Below are positions 19,713 to 30,461 of a stretch of 64,000 nucleotides of DNA, one piece after another. The notes beneath the pieces were generated by a model, which searched no databases, was not told the DNA's origin, and saw nothing but the letters and a program-made list of their open reading frames with translations. Origin of the DNA: Burkholderiales bacterium (GTDB lineage: Bacteria > Pseudomonadota > Gammaproteobacteria > Burkholderiales > Ga0077523); the NCBI GenBank assembly GCA_038324085.1, contig JBBQHP010000001.1:68381-132380 (forward strand), read 5' to 3'. Made by a program: the position numbers and the translations under genes. Numbering within the stretch: the stretch's first letter is position 1; each line of letters begins with the position of its first letter.

Positions 19713-20663
19713 ATGAAAATTCGCTCCGTCTGCGTCATCGGTGGCTCAGGATTCCTGGGCAGCCACATCGTCAATGTGCTGGCAACCCGCGGATTGCCGG
19801 TGCGCATACCCACGCGCAACCGCGACCGCGCGAAGCACGAGCTGATTCTCCTGCCCACGGCCGACGTCACCACGGCCGACGTCCACGACCCGGAGACGCT
19901 GAGGCGCCTGGTGGCAGGGGCCGACGCCGTGATCAGCCTCGTCGGTGTGCTGGACGGTCGCCATGACGGGTTCCGACGCAACCACGTCGAGCTGCCCCGG
20001 CGCATCGTGGCGGCCTGCCGCGACGAGGGCGTCAAACGTTTGGTGCATGTAAGTTCGCTCGGTGCGTCCGCAGACGCACCGAGCGAATACCAGCGCAGTA
20101 AAGCCGAAGGGGAATCCGAGATCGCCGCCGCCGCGCAGTACGACATCCGCACGACGATCTTCCGCCCCTCCGTGGTCTTCGGGCGAGGCGACCATTTCCT
20201 GAGCCTGTTCGCCCGACTCGCGCGAGCATTGCCGGTCATCCCGCTGGGATGCGCAGGCGCGAAGTTCCAGCCGATCCACGTGGAAGACGTTGCGCGCGCA
20301 CTGGTGACGAGCCTCGATAACCCCGATGCGTTCGGTCAGCGCTACGACCTGTGCGGGCCGAAGGTGTACACGCTGCGAGAATTGGTGGAGTACGCATGCG
20401 CGCTGCTGGGCCTGGAACGCGCCGTGGTTCCGCTGCCGGACAAGCTCGCGTGGCTGCAGGCGGCCGTGCTGGAGCATCTGCCCGGGCGGTTGATGACGCG
20501 CGACAACGTCCTGTCGATGCAGGTCGACAACGTGTGCGGATGCGATTTCCCAGCGGTCTTCGGCTTCGCGCCGGCAGCGCTCGAGGCGATCGCGCCGACC
20601 TACCTTGCCGAGCGTACCCCGCGCTCGCGCTACCGCGGGTTTCGCTACCGCGCCGGACGCTGA
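19713..20663 (+). CDS. NAD(P)H-binding epimerase/dehydratase-fold protein (complex I NDUFA9-like)
   Basis: 316 aa with an N-terminal VIGGSGFLGSHIV Rossmann motif. Confidence 0.7.
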   Translation: MKIRSVCVIGGSGFLGSHIVNVLATRGLPVRIPTRNRDRAKHELILLPTADVTTADVHDPETLRRLVAGADAVISLVGVLDGRHDGFRRNHVELPRRIVAACRDEGVKRLVHVSSLGASADAPSEYQRSKAEGESEIAAAAQYDIRTTIFRPSVVFGRGDHFLSLFARLARALPVIPLGCAGAKFQPIHVEDVARALVTSLDNPDAFGQRYDLCGPKVYTLRELVEYACALLGLERAVVPLPDKLAWLQAAVLEHLPGRLMTRDNVLSMQVDNVCGCDFPAVFGFAPAALEAIAPTYLAERTPRSRYRGFRYRAGR

Positions 20664-20674
20664 GGAAAACGCCC

Positions 20675-21328
20675 ATGGCCGGCTATACGCTCGTGATCGG
20701 CAACAAGAACTACTCCTCCTGGTCGCTGCGGCCCTGGCTGCTCATGCGTCATGCGGAGATACCTTTCGAGGAGATTCGCATACCCTTGAAGCAGCCGGAC
20801 AGCGCCGCTCGGGTGCGGCAATACTCCTCGGCCGGCAAGGTACCGATCCTGAAGGCGGGCGGCCTTACCGTATGGGATTCGCTTGCGATCGCGGAGTTTC
20901 TCGCCGAACGCCATCCCGAACGTCATTTGTGGCCGAAGGACGCCAACGCCCGCGCCATTGCGCGTGCCGCAAGCGCCGAGATGCATTCCGGGTTCCAGGC
21001 GCTGCGCAGTCGGATGCCGATGCACTGCCGCGCGCGGATGCCCGGTGTGGGTCGCAATCCCGAAGTATTGGCCGACGTTGCACGCATCACCTCGCTCTGG
21101 CGCGACTGTCGCGCACGCTATGGGGCCGGGGGCCCGTTCCTGTTCGGTGCCTTCTCGATCGCCGATGCCATGTTCGCGCCGGTGGTACTGCGCTTTTTGA
21201 CCTATGAGGTCGCGCTGGACGCCGTCTGCGGCTCCTACTGCGCGGCGACACTCGCACTGCCTGCGCTGAGGCAATGGCTCGACGAAGCGCTTGCCGAGAC
21301 GGAGGTCATCCCCGAGTACGAACCGTGA
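20675..21328 (+). CDS. Glutathione S-transferase family protein
   Basis: MAGYTLVIGNKNYSSWSLRPWLLM... has a GST N-terminal thioredoxin-like fold. The start is trimmed from 20351 to 20675. Confidence 0.7.
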   Translation: MAGYTLVIGNKNYSSWSLRPWLLMRHAEIPFEEIRIPLKQPDSAARVRQYSSAGKVPILKAGGLTVWDSLAIAEFLAERHPERHLWPKDANARAIARAASAEMHSGFQALRSRMPMHCRARMPGVGRNPEVLADVARITSLWRDCRARYGAGGPFLFGAFSIADAMFAPVVLRFLTYEVALDAVCGSYCAATLALPALRQWLDEALAETEVIPEYEP

Positions 21329-22506
21329 AGGTTTACCGGGTGGGCGGCGCGGTGCGCGACGAACTGCTCGGTCTGCCAGTGAGGGACCACGATCACGTCG
21401 TGGTCGGCGCCACGGCCGAGCACATGGAACACCTGGGCTATCGGCCGGTGGGGAAGGATTTCCCGGTGTTCCTCCACCCCGTGACCCATGAGGAGTACGC
21501 CCTCGCGCGCACCGAGCGCAAGACCGGCCGGGGCTACAAGGGCTTCACGATCCACGCCACGCCGGAGGTCACTCTCGAGGAAGATCTGGCGCGCCGCGAC
21601 CTGACGATCAACGCCATCGCGCGCGACGCTGCCGGCGCGCTCATCGATCCGTTCGACGGCACGAAGGACATCGAACGGCGCGTCCTGCGTCACGTGAGCC
21701 CGGCATTCGTGGAAGACCCGGTGCGAATCCTCCGGGTGGCCCGGTTTGCGGCGCGCTTCGGATTCGCGATCGCGCCCGAGACGATGGCGCTGATGCGCTC
21801 GATGGTACGCGATGGCGAAGCGGACCATCTCGTTGCAGAACGGGTCTGGCAGGAACTTGCGAAAGGATTGATGGAAGCGAAACCGTCACGCATGTTCGAA
21901 GTGTTGCGCGAGTGCGGCGCGCTGGAGCGCGTGTTCCCGGAGTTCGAACGGCTGCTCGAGGGTAGCGCCGCGAATGCACCGGGCGATCTCGAGACGAGTC
22001 ATCCCACGTTGCAGGTGCTCGACTATGGCGCGGCTCACGGTTTCGTGCTGGAGGCACGCTACGCGTTGCTGTTCCGCGACACCGATCGGGTTGCCTCCGG
22101 GGACACGTCGCTGGGTCTGGTTCGACAGGCCTCCGAACGCCTGCGGGCGCCGGCCGAGTGCCGAGATCTGGCCCTGCTGGCAGCTGGCCTGGTCGACAGA
22201 ATTCACGACGCTCCGACGCTCGATGCCAGCGCCATCGTGGACGTGCTGCAACTCGCCGATGCGTTCCGCCGCCCGGAGCGCTTCGCGCTGTTGCTGTCGA
22301 TTTGCGAAGCCGATGTCCGCGGCCGTCCCGGCGGTGCCGCGCTGGCTTATCCGCAGGCCGAACTGATGCTCGCGGCACTGGCGGCGACGCGGACCGTGGA
22401 TGCCGCTGCCATCGCTGCACGCGCCGATAAGACCGCCATTGCGGAACGCATTCGTGCGGCGCGCGTCCAAGCAGTGTATGCGGCACTGCGCGAGCGGCTT
22501 CCCTGA
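21325..22506 (+). CDS. cca: Multifunctional CCA-adding tRNA nucleotidyltransferase
   Basis: VKVYRVGGAVRDELLG... The GTG start forms a GTGA overlap with the upstream stop. An HD-domain C-terminal half is present. Confidence 0.85.
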   Translation: MKVYRVGGAVRDELLGLPVRDHDHVVVGATAEHMEHLGYRPVGKDFPVFLHPVTHEEYALARTERKTGRGYKGFTIHATPEVTLEEDLARRDLTINAIARDAAGALIDPFDGTKDIERRVLRHVSPAFVEDPVRILRVARFAARFGFAIAPETMALMRSMVRDGEADHLVAERVWQELAKGLMEAKPSRMFEVLRECGALERVFPEFERLLEGSAANAPGDLETSHPTLQVLDYGAAHGFVLEARYALLFRDTDRVASGDTSLGLVRQASERLRAPAECRDLALLAAGLVDRIHDAPTLDASAIVDVLQLADAFRRPERFALLLSICEADVRGRPGGAALAYPQAELMLAALAATRTVDAAAIAARADKTAIAERIRAARVQAVYAALRERLP

Positions 22507-22593
22507 CTGCACCTAAGGAGCGGGTACCCGAGGCCCCACGGGGCCAGCCAACGAGCCGCAAACAACTTCGATTCATATCCAAGGAGCACAGGC

Positions 22594-23052
22594 ATGAACA
22601 AGCTCGCAATCCTCGCGGCGTTCGGCGCCGCAATCTCGATCGGCGCCGCCAGCGTGGCGCTGGCCGACCACCACGGCGAAAGGCTCGAAGACGCTTTCAA
22701 GAAAGCCGACACCGATAACGACGGCACGCTCACCAAGGACGAAGCGAAAACCATGAGAGGTGTCTCCAAGCACTTCGATGAGATCGATTTCGACAAGAGC
22801 GGCACCGTATCCATGGCAGAGATCACCGCGCACCTCGAAAGCATGAAAAAGCACATGCACGCCAGGGGCGAGGCGAATTTCAGCCAGGCGGACAAGGACG
22901 GCGACGGCACGCTCGACAAGGAAGAAGCGAAGTCGATGCCGCGTGTCGAAAAGAACTTCGACGCGATCGACGCCGACAACGATGGCACCGTCTCGATGGA
23001 CGAGATCCACACGTTCATGAAATCCGGCATGGGCAAGATGCACGATCAGTGA
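22594..23052 (+). CDS. Secreted protein with four EF-hand calcium-binding loops
   Basis: Signal peptide MNKLAILAAFGAAISIGAASVALA. EF loops are DTDNDGTLTKDE, DFDKSGTVSMAE, DKDGDGTLDKEE and DADNDGTVSMDE. Confidence 0.85.
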   Translation: MNKLAILAAFGAAISIGAASVALADHHGERLEDAFKKADTDNDGTLTKDEAKTMRGVSKHFDEIDFDKSGTVSMAEITAHLESMKKHMHARGEANFSQADKDGDGTLDKEEAKSMPRVEKNFDAIDADNDGTVSMDEIHTFMKSGMGKMHDQ

Positions 23053-23072
23053 TGCCGTCGGGATCGGTGGCC

Positions 23073-23110
23073 GGGACGGGCAGGCGCAGACGCCTGCCCG
23101 TCCGTTTTTT
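23073..23110 (+). terminator. Rho-independent terminator
   Basis: GGGACGGGCAGGCG-CAGA-CGCCTGCCCGTCC followed by GTTTTTT, about 20 nt after the EF-hand gene stop. Confidence 0.85.
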
Positions 23111-23158
23111 CAGGTGTCCCGTAGAATCCGATGCGTCAATCACGCCACGGAGCACACG

Positions 23159-23782
23159 ATGATCGATCTGTACACCTGGGGCACCCCCAACGGCCGCAAG
23201 GTTTCCATCATGCTCGAAGAATGCGGTCTGCCCTATCGCGTCCATCCGGTCGACATCGGCAAGGACGAGCAGGCGCAACCGGCATTCGTCGCCATCAATC
23301 CGAACAGCAAGATTCCGGCGATCGTGGATCAGCAGGGGCCTGGCGGCGCACCGTTCACGCTGTTCGAATCGGGTGCGATCCTGTTGTACTTGGCCAAGAA
23401 GACCGGCCGCCTGCTTCCGCTCGATGAGCGCAGGCAGTTCGAGGCGCTCCAGTGGCTCATGTTCCAGATGGGCGGCGTCGGGCCCATGTTCGGGCAGGCG
23501 CACCACTTCCTGCGGAATGCGAAAGAGACCGTCCCGTACGCCGTCGATCGCTATGCCAAGGAGTCGCGGCGCCTCTACAGCGTGATGAACCAGCACCTCG
23601 CGACCCACGATTATCTGGCCGACGAGTATTCGGTCGCCGACATCGCGACCTATCCATGGGTCGCCCGCCATGAATGGCACAAAGTGGATCTGGCTGATTT
23701 CCCACATGTTCTGCGCTGGTTCAACGCGATCAAGGCGCGCCCCGCGGTGGAGCGGGGGATGAAGGTACCGTTCCTGAACTGA
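23159..23782 (+). CDS. yfcG: Glutathione-dependent disulfide-bond oxidoreductase, YfcG-like GST
   Basis: MIDLYTWGTPNGRKVSIMLEECGLPYRVHPVDIGKDEQ...NPNSKIPAIVD closely parallels the E. coli YfcG N-terminus. Confidence 0.75.
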   Translation: MIDLYTWGTPNGRKVSIMLEECGLPYRVHPVDIGKDEQAQPAFVAINPNSKIPAIVDQQGPGGAPFTLFESGAILLYLAKKTGRLLPLDERRQFEALQWLMFQMGGVGPMFGQAHHFLRNAKETVPYAVDRYAKESRRLYSVMNQHLATHDYLADEYSVADIATYPWVARHEWHKVDLADFPHVLRWFNAIKARPAVERGMKVPFLN

Positions 23783-23886
23783 GCCGCGCTCCGGGGACGC
23801 TCAAGTTCGGGCACGGAGAGCCGATAGTGGTCGGCTGAAGGGAACAGTGGGGGATGCGCTCCCGTTCCCTCGACCAGTGATCCCTG

Positions 23887-25197
23887 ATGAGCCAGCGCCT
23901 CCCCGACAAGATCGGCAAGTACCGCGTCCTCTCCGAACTCGGACGCGGTGCGACCAGCCGCGTTTTCCTGTGCGAGGACCCGTTTCTCGAGCGCAAGGTC
24001 GCCATCAAGGTCATCAAGGACGACGCGCCGACCGATACCTACATGCGGCGCCGTTTCCAGCGCGTGTTCATGAACGAGGCCGCCCTTACCGGCAAGCTCG
24101 CCCACCCGCACATCATCGCGATCTACGATGCGGTGACGGACGACGAGGACAGCTATCTGGTCATGGAGTACGTCGAAGGCCAGACCCTCGAGACCTTCTG
24201 CAATCCCGAAGCGCTGTTGCCGCTCGAACGCGTGGTGGAGATCATGTTCAAGGCGAGCCTCGCGCTGGACTATGCGTATCGCCACGGCGTGATCCACTGC
24301 GACATCAAGCCGGCCAACATCATGATCACCGGCGAAACCGACATCAAGGTGACCGACTTCGGTGCGGCGTTCTATGACGCAGCCGATCATACCTACCTCA
24401 CGGGTGTCGGCTCGCCCGCCTACATGTCGCCCGAACAGGTGCTCGAGAAGCAGCTGAACCATCAGACCGACATCTATTCACTCGGGGTAGTGCTCTATCA
24501 GCTGCTGACCGGCAAGCTGCCGTTCCAGGGATCGAACCGGGGCAGCCTGCTCTACCAGATCCTCAACATCGAAGCGGTACCGCCGTCCGTGCACCGCTGG
24601 GGCGTCCCACCCGAACTCGATCGCATCACCTTGCGGGCGGTATCGAAGAACCTGAAGGACCGCTACCCGACGTGGGTTGAACTGTCGCGGGACCTCGCCC
24701 ATGTGTTCAAGCACCTGACCCTGCCGGAAGAGTCGATCTCGGATACCGAGAAATTCACCGCCGTGCGCGCGCTGTCGTTCTTCCGCGATTTCCGCGACAT
24801 GGAGATCTGGGAGGCGTTGCGCCTGGGCCTCTGGCATCGTTTCGCCCCGGGCGAGATCGTCCTGAAGGAAGGCGAGCCGGGCGACGGCTTCTTCGTGCTG
24901 ACCGCGGGCGAAGTACGGGTGACTCGCTCGGGCAAGGTCCTCGACATGCTGAAGTCCGGTCACTGCTTCGGGGAGATCCTGTATTTCCAGGACACTCAGG
25001 CGACGCGCAGTACCACGATGATGACGCACACGGCGTGCATCGCGATCGAGATCAAGGCGCGCAGTCTGCGCGAGGCTTCGGACGCCCTGCAGATGCAGTT
25101 CAACCGCGCCTTCATGCGCGTGCTGGTCAATCGCCTCGAGCTGCGTGAGACCCATCTGGTCGCGCAGACTCCGGCCAGGACGCCCGAGAGCGCCTGA
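23887..25197 (+). CDS. Hanks-type Ser/Thr protein kinase fused to a C-terminal cyclic-nucleotide-binding domain (non-RD: HCD)
   Basis: GRGATSRV glycine loop, VAIKV, HCDIKPAN catalytic loop, DFG, SPAYMSPE. The C-terminal CAP_ED-like domain has FGEILYF...RSTT. Confidence 0.85.
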   Translation: MSQRLPDKIGKYRVLSELGRGATSRVFLCEDPFLERKVAIKVIKDDAPTDTYMRRRFQRVFMNEAALTGKLAHPHIIAIYDAVTDDEDSYLVMEYVEGQTLETFCNPEALLPLERVVEIMFKASLALDYAYRHGVIHCDIKPANIMITGETDIKVTDFGAAFYDAADHTYLTGVGSPAYMSPEQVLEKQLNHQTDIYSLGVVLYQLLTGKLPFQGSNRGSLLYQILNIEAVPPSVHRWGVPPELDRITLRAVSKNLKDRYPTWVELSRDLAHVFKHLTLPEESISDTEKFTAVRALSFFRDFRDMEIWEALRLGLWHRFAPGEIVLKEGEPGDGFFVLTAGEVRVTRSGKVLDMLKSGHCFGEILYFQDTQATRSTTMMTHTACIAIEIKARSLREASDALQMQFNRAFMRVLVNRLELRETHLVAQTPARTPESA

Positions 25198-25224
25198 GTA
25201 TCGCCCGGGCGGCACCGCGCGGCG

Positions 25225-25653
25225 CTATTTGAGCAGCAGCACTGGCACGTCGGCCAGCGCGATGACCCTGGTCGCGACCGAGCCCAGCATCATCCCCGCC
25301 ACAGAACCGCGCCCGCGCGTTCCCATGACGATCTGCGCGCACCCCTGATCCTTCGCCACGCGTACGATCGTCTGGGCCACGTCGCCCACGAGAATGCGGT
25401 GTTCGACGGGAATTCCCGCGGCCGCCAGCAGATCGCGTGCGCCCGCGAGGGCGGCTTCCCCCTGCTCCCGATAGTGGTGCTCGATCTGTTCGGCATTCAG
25501 AAACATTTTCACGGCACCCGACGCTACCGGCGGCTGAACGGTGATCAGAACGGCCGACAGGGGCTCGCGATAGACATCCTTCTCCGCGATCACGTGGCGA
25601 ACGGCGCGCAGCGAATTCTCGGACCCGTCGACTGCGATCAGGATCTTGCGCAT
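25225..25653 (-). CDS. Universal stress protein (UspA family)
   Basis: MRKILIAVDGSENSLRAV...IVMGTRGRGSVAGMMLGSVATRV. The start is trimmed to 25653. Confidence 0.85.
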   Translation of the reverse strand: MRKILIAVDGSENSLRAVRHVIAEKDVYREPLSAVLITVQPPVASGAVKMFLNAEQIEHHYREQGEAALAGARDLLAAAGIPVEHRILVGDVAQTIVRVAKDQGCAQIVMGTRGRGSVAGMMLGSVATRVIALADVPVLLLK

Positions 25654-25730
25654 GCTTGCGGCGGTTGGTACCGAGTCCTCACCGACCGCGCGCGGCCACT
25701 CAACAAACGAAGCGCCCGGCGGCCACCACT

Positions 25731-26612
25731 TCAGAGCACGCTCTTCAGCAACTTGCCCATCTCGGCCGGATTCTTGGTCACCGTGATGCCGCAAGCCGCC
25801 ATGATCTCGAGCTTCTCCTGCGCAGTACCCTTACCGCCGGAAATGATGGCGCCCGCGTGGCCCATGCGCTTCCCGGGTGGCGCGGTGACACCGGCAATGA
25901 ATCCCACCACGGGCTTGTTCATGTGCTCCTTCGCCCACAGTGCCGCAGTCTCCTCGTCGGAGCCGCCGATTTCGCCAATCATCACGACCGCATCCGTTCC
26001 GGGATCGTCGTTGAAGAGCTTGAGGATGTCGATGTGCTTGAGGCCGTTGACCGGATCGCCGCCGATGCCCACGGCGCTCGATTGGCCCAGACCCAGTTCG
26101 GTCAGCTGCCCGACCGCCTCGTAGGTGAGCGTGCCGGAACGGGATACCACGCCGATGCGGCCCTGCCGGTGGATGTGGCCGGGCATGATGCCGATCTTGA
26201 TTTCGTCCGGAGTGATCGTGCCCGGGCAGTTGGGACCGAGCAGCAACGTGCGACTGTTCAACTGGCGCATGCGATGCCGCACTTCGATCATGTCACGTAC
26301 CGGAATCCCCTCGGTGATGCAGATCACGAGATCGAGATCCGCTTCCACGGCCTCCCAGATCGCCGCGGCCGCACCGGGAGGCGGTACATAGATCACCGAC
26401 ACGTTGACGCCGGTCTTCTGCTTCGCTTCGCGCACTGAGCCGAAGATCGGTATGCCGTCGAAAGACTCGCCGGCCTTCTTGGGGTTCACACCGGCGACGA
26501 AACACGCCTTGCCGTTCGCGTACTCGCGACACATGCGGGTGTGGAACTGTCCGGTCTTGCCGGTGATGCCCTGAGTGACGACGCGGGTGTTGCGATCGAT
26601 GAGGATGGACAT
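25731..26612 (-). CDS. sucD: Succinyl-CoA synthetase alpha subunit
   Basis: [24 protein letters not shown]..., and [14 protein letters not shown] containing the phosphohistidine. Confidence 0.95.
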   Translation of the reverse strand: MSILIDRNTRVVTQGITGKTGQFHTRMCREYANGKACFVAGVNPKKAGESFDGIPIFGSVREAKQKTGVNVSVIYVPPPGAAAAIWEAVEADLDLVICITEGIPVRDMIEVRHRMRQLNSRTLLLGPNCPGTITPDEIKIGIMPGHIHRQGRIGVVSRSGTLTYEAVGQLTELGLGQSSAVGIGGDPVNGLKHIDILKLFNDDPGTDAVVMIGEIGGSDEETAALWAKEHMNKPVVGFIAGVTAPPGKRMGHAGAIISGGKGTAQEKLEIMAACGITVTKNPAEMGKLLKSVL

Positions 26613-26693
26613 GTCAGGCGTCCTGCCGGATCGCATCGGAGGCGACGAGGATCGACCCGGAACGCAACGCAGCCCGCCTACGTGAAGGTGCCA

Positions 26694-27863
<1,170 letters not shown>

Positions 27864-28204
27864 TTCTGTCCGGGGCTGAATTGGGGCGATGCTGGGGCGC
27901 CAAGCCGCGCGAGTATATCGCAAGCTCGCGCAGACGCTCGAGGCAGACCCGGCAAAGAAGCCTCAAACGAACGCGAATTCAACCACTTGCCGCTCTCCGG
28001 CCAGACATGCCGGGCAGCGCGGAAAATCTCGGTGATCGCGGGTCCCCCGTTAGCGCAAAACTTGTTCTACAACCCAATGAATAATATGGAATCCATGCCA
28101 CGATCACCCGATTGGCATGGCTGATGCATCAAGTCAGGTCGTGATTCGGCGCCCTGCGCCGCGTTACTGCAGGTAGGTCTCCTCCCCCACCATGGGGAAC
28201 TCAC

Positions 28205-28246
28205 GGGCAGCCAGATTCTCCTCCCCCTTTGGCTGCCCATTTTTTT
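28205..28246 (+). terminator. Orphan intrinsic-terminator-like hairpin on the plus strand
   Basis: GGGCAGCC (28205-12), an 18-nt CU-rich loop, GGCTGCCC (28231-38), then A plus T7 (28240-46). No plus-strand CDS ends upstream of it. Confidence 0.4.
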
Positions 28247-28260
28247 GGGAAACCTGCCCG

Positions 28261-29811
28261 TCACTTCCACCCGAACGCTTCGCGCATGACGTGGAAGATC
28301 GCGTTCTGCTCCATGACGCCGCGCACCAGTTGCGCACCCGGACCGGTCGCGAAGATCGCGACGTCTTCGCCCCCGTGCGTTTCCGCCGGTGCGGGAACAG
28401 TGCTTTCCTGCAGATAGTCGGGGGCCGTGGTGTCGACGTTCGTCAGATCGGGGCGTCCGACGGCCGGATCGACCTTCGCGGGCATATGTTCGAAGCGCTT
28501 CGAGCCCGCGGGCTGCTTGTCGCTGGCACCGGTGTAACCCGGCCCGTTGGCATAGCCGAGCGTCGTGTACGGCCGTCCCGCGAGATCGCGCGCGTAGTCG
28601 CGGGCCTCGTGCCCGGGGGACACCACTTTGCCGAGGATCGGATTGCCGCGCTTCGGGTACCCCGCCATCGTGAACACGTGGCTGTGATCGGCAGTGACGA
28701 TGATGAGCGTGTCGTTGGCATCGGTCGCATCGACGGCGCGAGCAACGGCCTCGGAGAGTGCGATCGCATCGCTAAGGGCGCGATACGCGTTCGACGCGTG
28801 GTGCGCATGATCGATGCGCCCGCCCTCGACCATGAGAAAGTAGCCTTTCGGGTTCTTCGACAGGATCGCCACCGCCTTGGCGGTCATCTCCGCCAGCGAC
28901 GGTTCACCTGACGCGTCTTGCGCGCGGTCAGCCTCGTACTTCATGTGGGACGGCTCGAACAGACCGAGGAGGTGATCGGTGGTCCCAGGATCGACCGCAT
29001 CGAACTGTGCCTTGTTCCACACGTACACGCTGCGGGGATTGTTCGCCGTCCATTCGCGCCAGAGCCTGCGGCCATCCATACGTGAGCCTGCGCGACCCGG
29101 GTATTCCGGATCGGCTTCGTCGACGGTATAGAACTTCGCCCGTCCCCCGCCCAGCGCTACTTCCAGTCCATTGCCGTGCTGAAAATCGAGAAGTTGCCGG
29201 GCGATATCCGGTGTCGTTGCACCTGCCGGCAGATCGGCGTCGCCCTCCCAGTCGCGCTCGGCGCTGTGCGCGTAACATGCGGCCGGCGTCGCATGCGTGA
29301 TTCGGGTCGTCGTCACTACGCCCGTCGATAGCGCGCGGTCCTCCGCCCACTCGAGGATCGTGCGCAGCGCACCGGCACGTACGACTTCGCCGTGCGCTTC
29401 CCTGCGCGGCACGCGATCGGTAACGGAGATCAAGCCGTCGCCCGTCTTGACGCCCGTGACCATGGCCGTCATTGTCGGCGCCGAATCGGGCGTCTGTTGA
29501 TTTGCACTGTAGGTCTTGGACAGGGCCACATTCGGGAACGCCTCGAACGACAATGCGTTGTCTTCGCCCGATCCACCCTTGCGCTGACCGTCGAGGATCC
29601 GCGCTGCCGTGATCGTGGTGATACCCATGCCATCGCCGATAAACAGGATCACGTTTCGTGCGTGGCCGCTGACCGGTCGAATCTGCGCGTTACGTACGAC
29701 GGCGGCGGCCCCGGCGGCGTACCACTCCTCCGGGGACAGATCTGCCGCCAGGGCGGTGGTGGAGATGATCATCGCTCCGACCAACACCGGGACCGGATGA
29801 AAAGTAGTCAT
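28261..29811 (-). CDS. Alkaline phosphatase (PhoA family), secreted
   Basis: 516 aa. Signal peptide MTTFHPVPVLVGAMIISTTALAA, metal site FIGDGMG, and nucleophile motif TPDSAPTMTAM. Confidence 0.85.
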   Translation of the reverse strand: MTTFHPVPVLVGAMIISTTALAADLSPEEWYAAGAAAVVRNAQIRPVSGHARNVILFIGDGMGITTITAARILDGQRKGGSGEDNALSFEAFPNVALSKTYSANQQTPDSAPTMTAMVTGVKTGDGLISVTDRVPRREAHGEVVRAGALRTILEWAEDRALSTGVVTTTRITHATPAACYAHSAERDWEGDADLPAGATTPDIARQLLDFQHGNGLEVALGGGRAKFYTVDEADPEYPGRAGSRMDGRRLWREWTANNPRSVYVWNKAQFDAVDPGTTDHLLGLFEPSHMKYEADRAQDASGEPSLAEMTAKAVAILSKNPKGYFLMVEGGRIDHAHHASNAYRALSDAIALSEAVARAVDATDANDTLIIVTADHSHVFTMAGYPKRGNPILGKVVSPGHEARDYARDLAGRPYTTLGYANGPGYTGASDKQPAGSKRFEHMPAKVDPAVGRPDLTNVDTTAPDYLQESTVPAPAETHGGEDVAIFATGPGAQLVRGVMEQNAIFHVMREAFGWK

Positions 29812-29914
29812 GGCTCGCCTCTGCGGGTTTCGATGTGACGGCTACGTCCGAGACCGCAGTTTGCCAGCGAACGCTGATGGATGTTCGTTGCCCGGGCACC
29901 CGATCGAGAACCAC

Positions 29915-29946
29915 AAAAAAAAGCGGAACCGAAGTTCCGCTTTTTT
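29915..29946 (-). terminator. Bidirectional rho-independent terminator
   Basis: A8-GCGGAAC-CGAA-GTTCCGC-T6, located 17 nt after the stop of the 29963-30244 gene. Confidence 0.85.
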
Positions 29947-29962
29947 CTGATGCTACTTCCGC

Positions 29963-30244
29963 TTACATCTGGTCGTGCTTTTTCTTTGCGGCGTCCTGGC
30001 ATTGCTGCTTGTTGCTGGCCGAATCGCACTTCTTCAGTTCGGCCTGATAGTCCTGGTCCTTCTGTGCGTCGCCGCCGCGATCACGGGTGGTCACGTCGCC
30101 GGTGGCGCCGCCGTCCTTGACCGTATCGCTGGCGCCAGGCTGGTTGGCCGGGTTCTGGGTGCTGTCCTGCTTGTCCGCCGCGAAAGCGGCACCGGACATC
30201 GCAATTGCAAGCGCCGAGGCGCTGATGATCGAGATGAGTTTCAT
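29963..30244 (-). CDS. Small secreted hypothetical protein
   Basis: 93 aa. Signal peptide MKLISIISASALAIAMSGAAFA. The mature part is low-complexity D/K/Q/G-rich with two Cys (KKCDSASNKQQC). Followed by a strong terminator. Confidence 0.6.
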   Translation of the reverse strand: MKLISIISASALAIAMSGAAFAADKQDSTQNPANQPGASDTVKDGGATGDVTTRDRGGDAQKDQDYQAELKKCDSASNKQQCQDAAKKKHDQM

Positions 30245-30461
30245 GTTCTCTCCTTGTGGAATCGTTCGTCCAAGTGCACGCCGATGTCGGTAGGTGCGAT
30301 GCCATCATCTCCAATCCCGGGCGGCGACACTGTCGGCGATTACCGGAAATGATGTAGGCGACGGACTACCCGGCAGGTCTCCAATCGACGACGCCAGAAT
30401 GCAGTAAGCGGGGCCGCACGTTCGCGTCCTTGGTCGAGCGCAATCCGCCGCCGGGGTGTGC

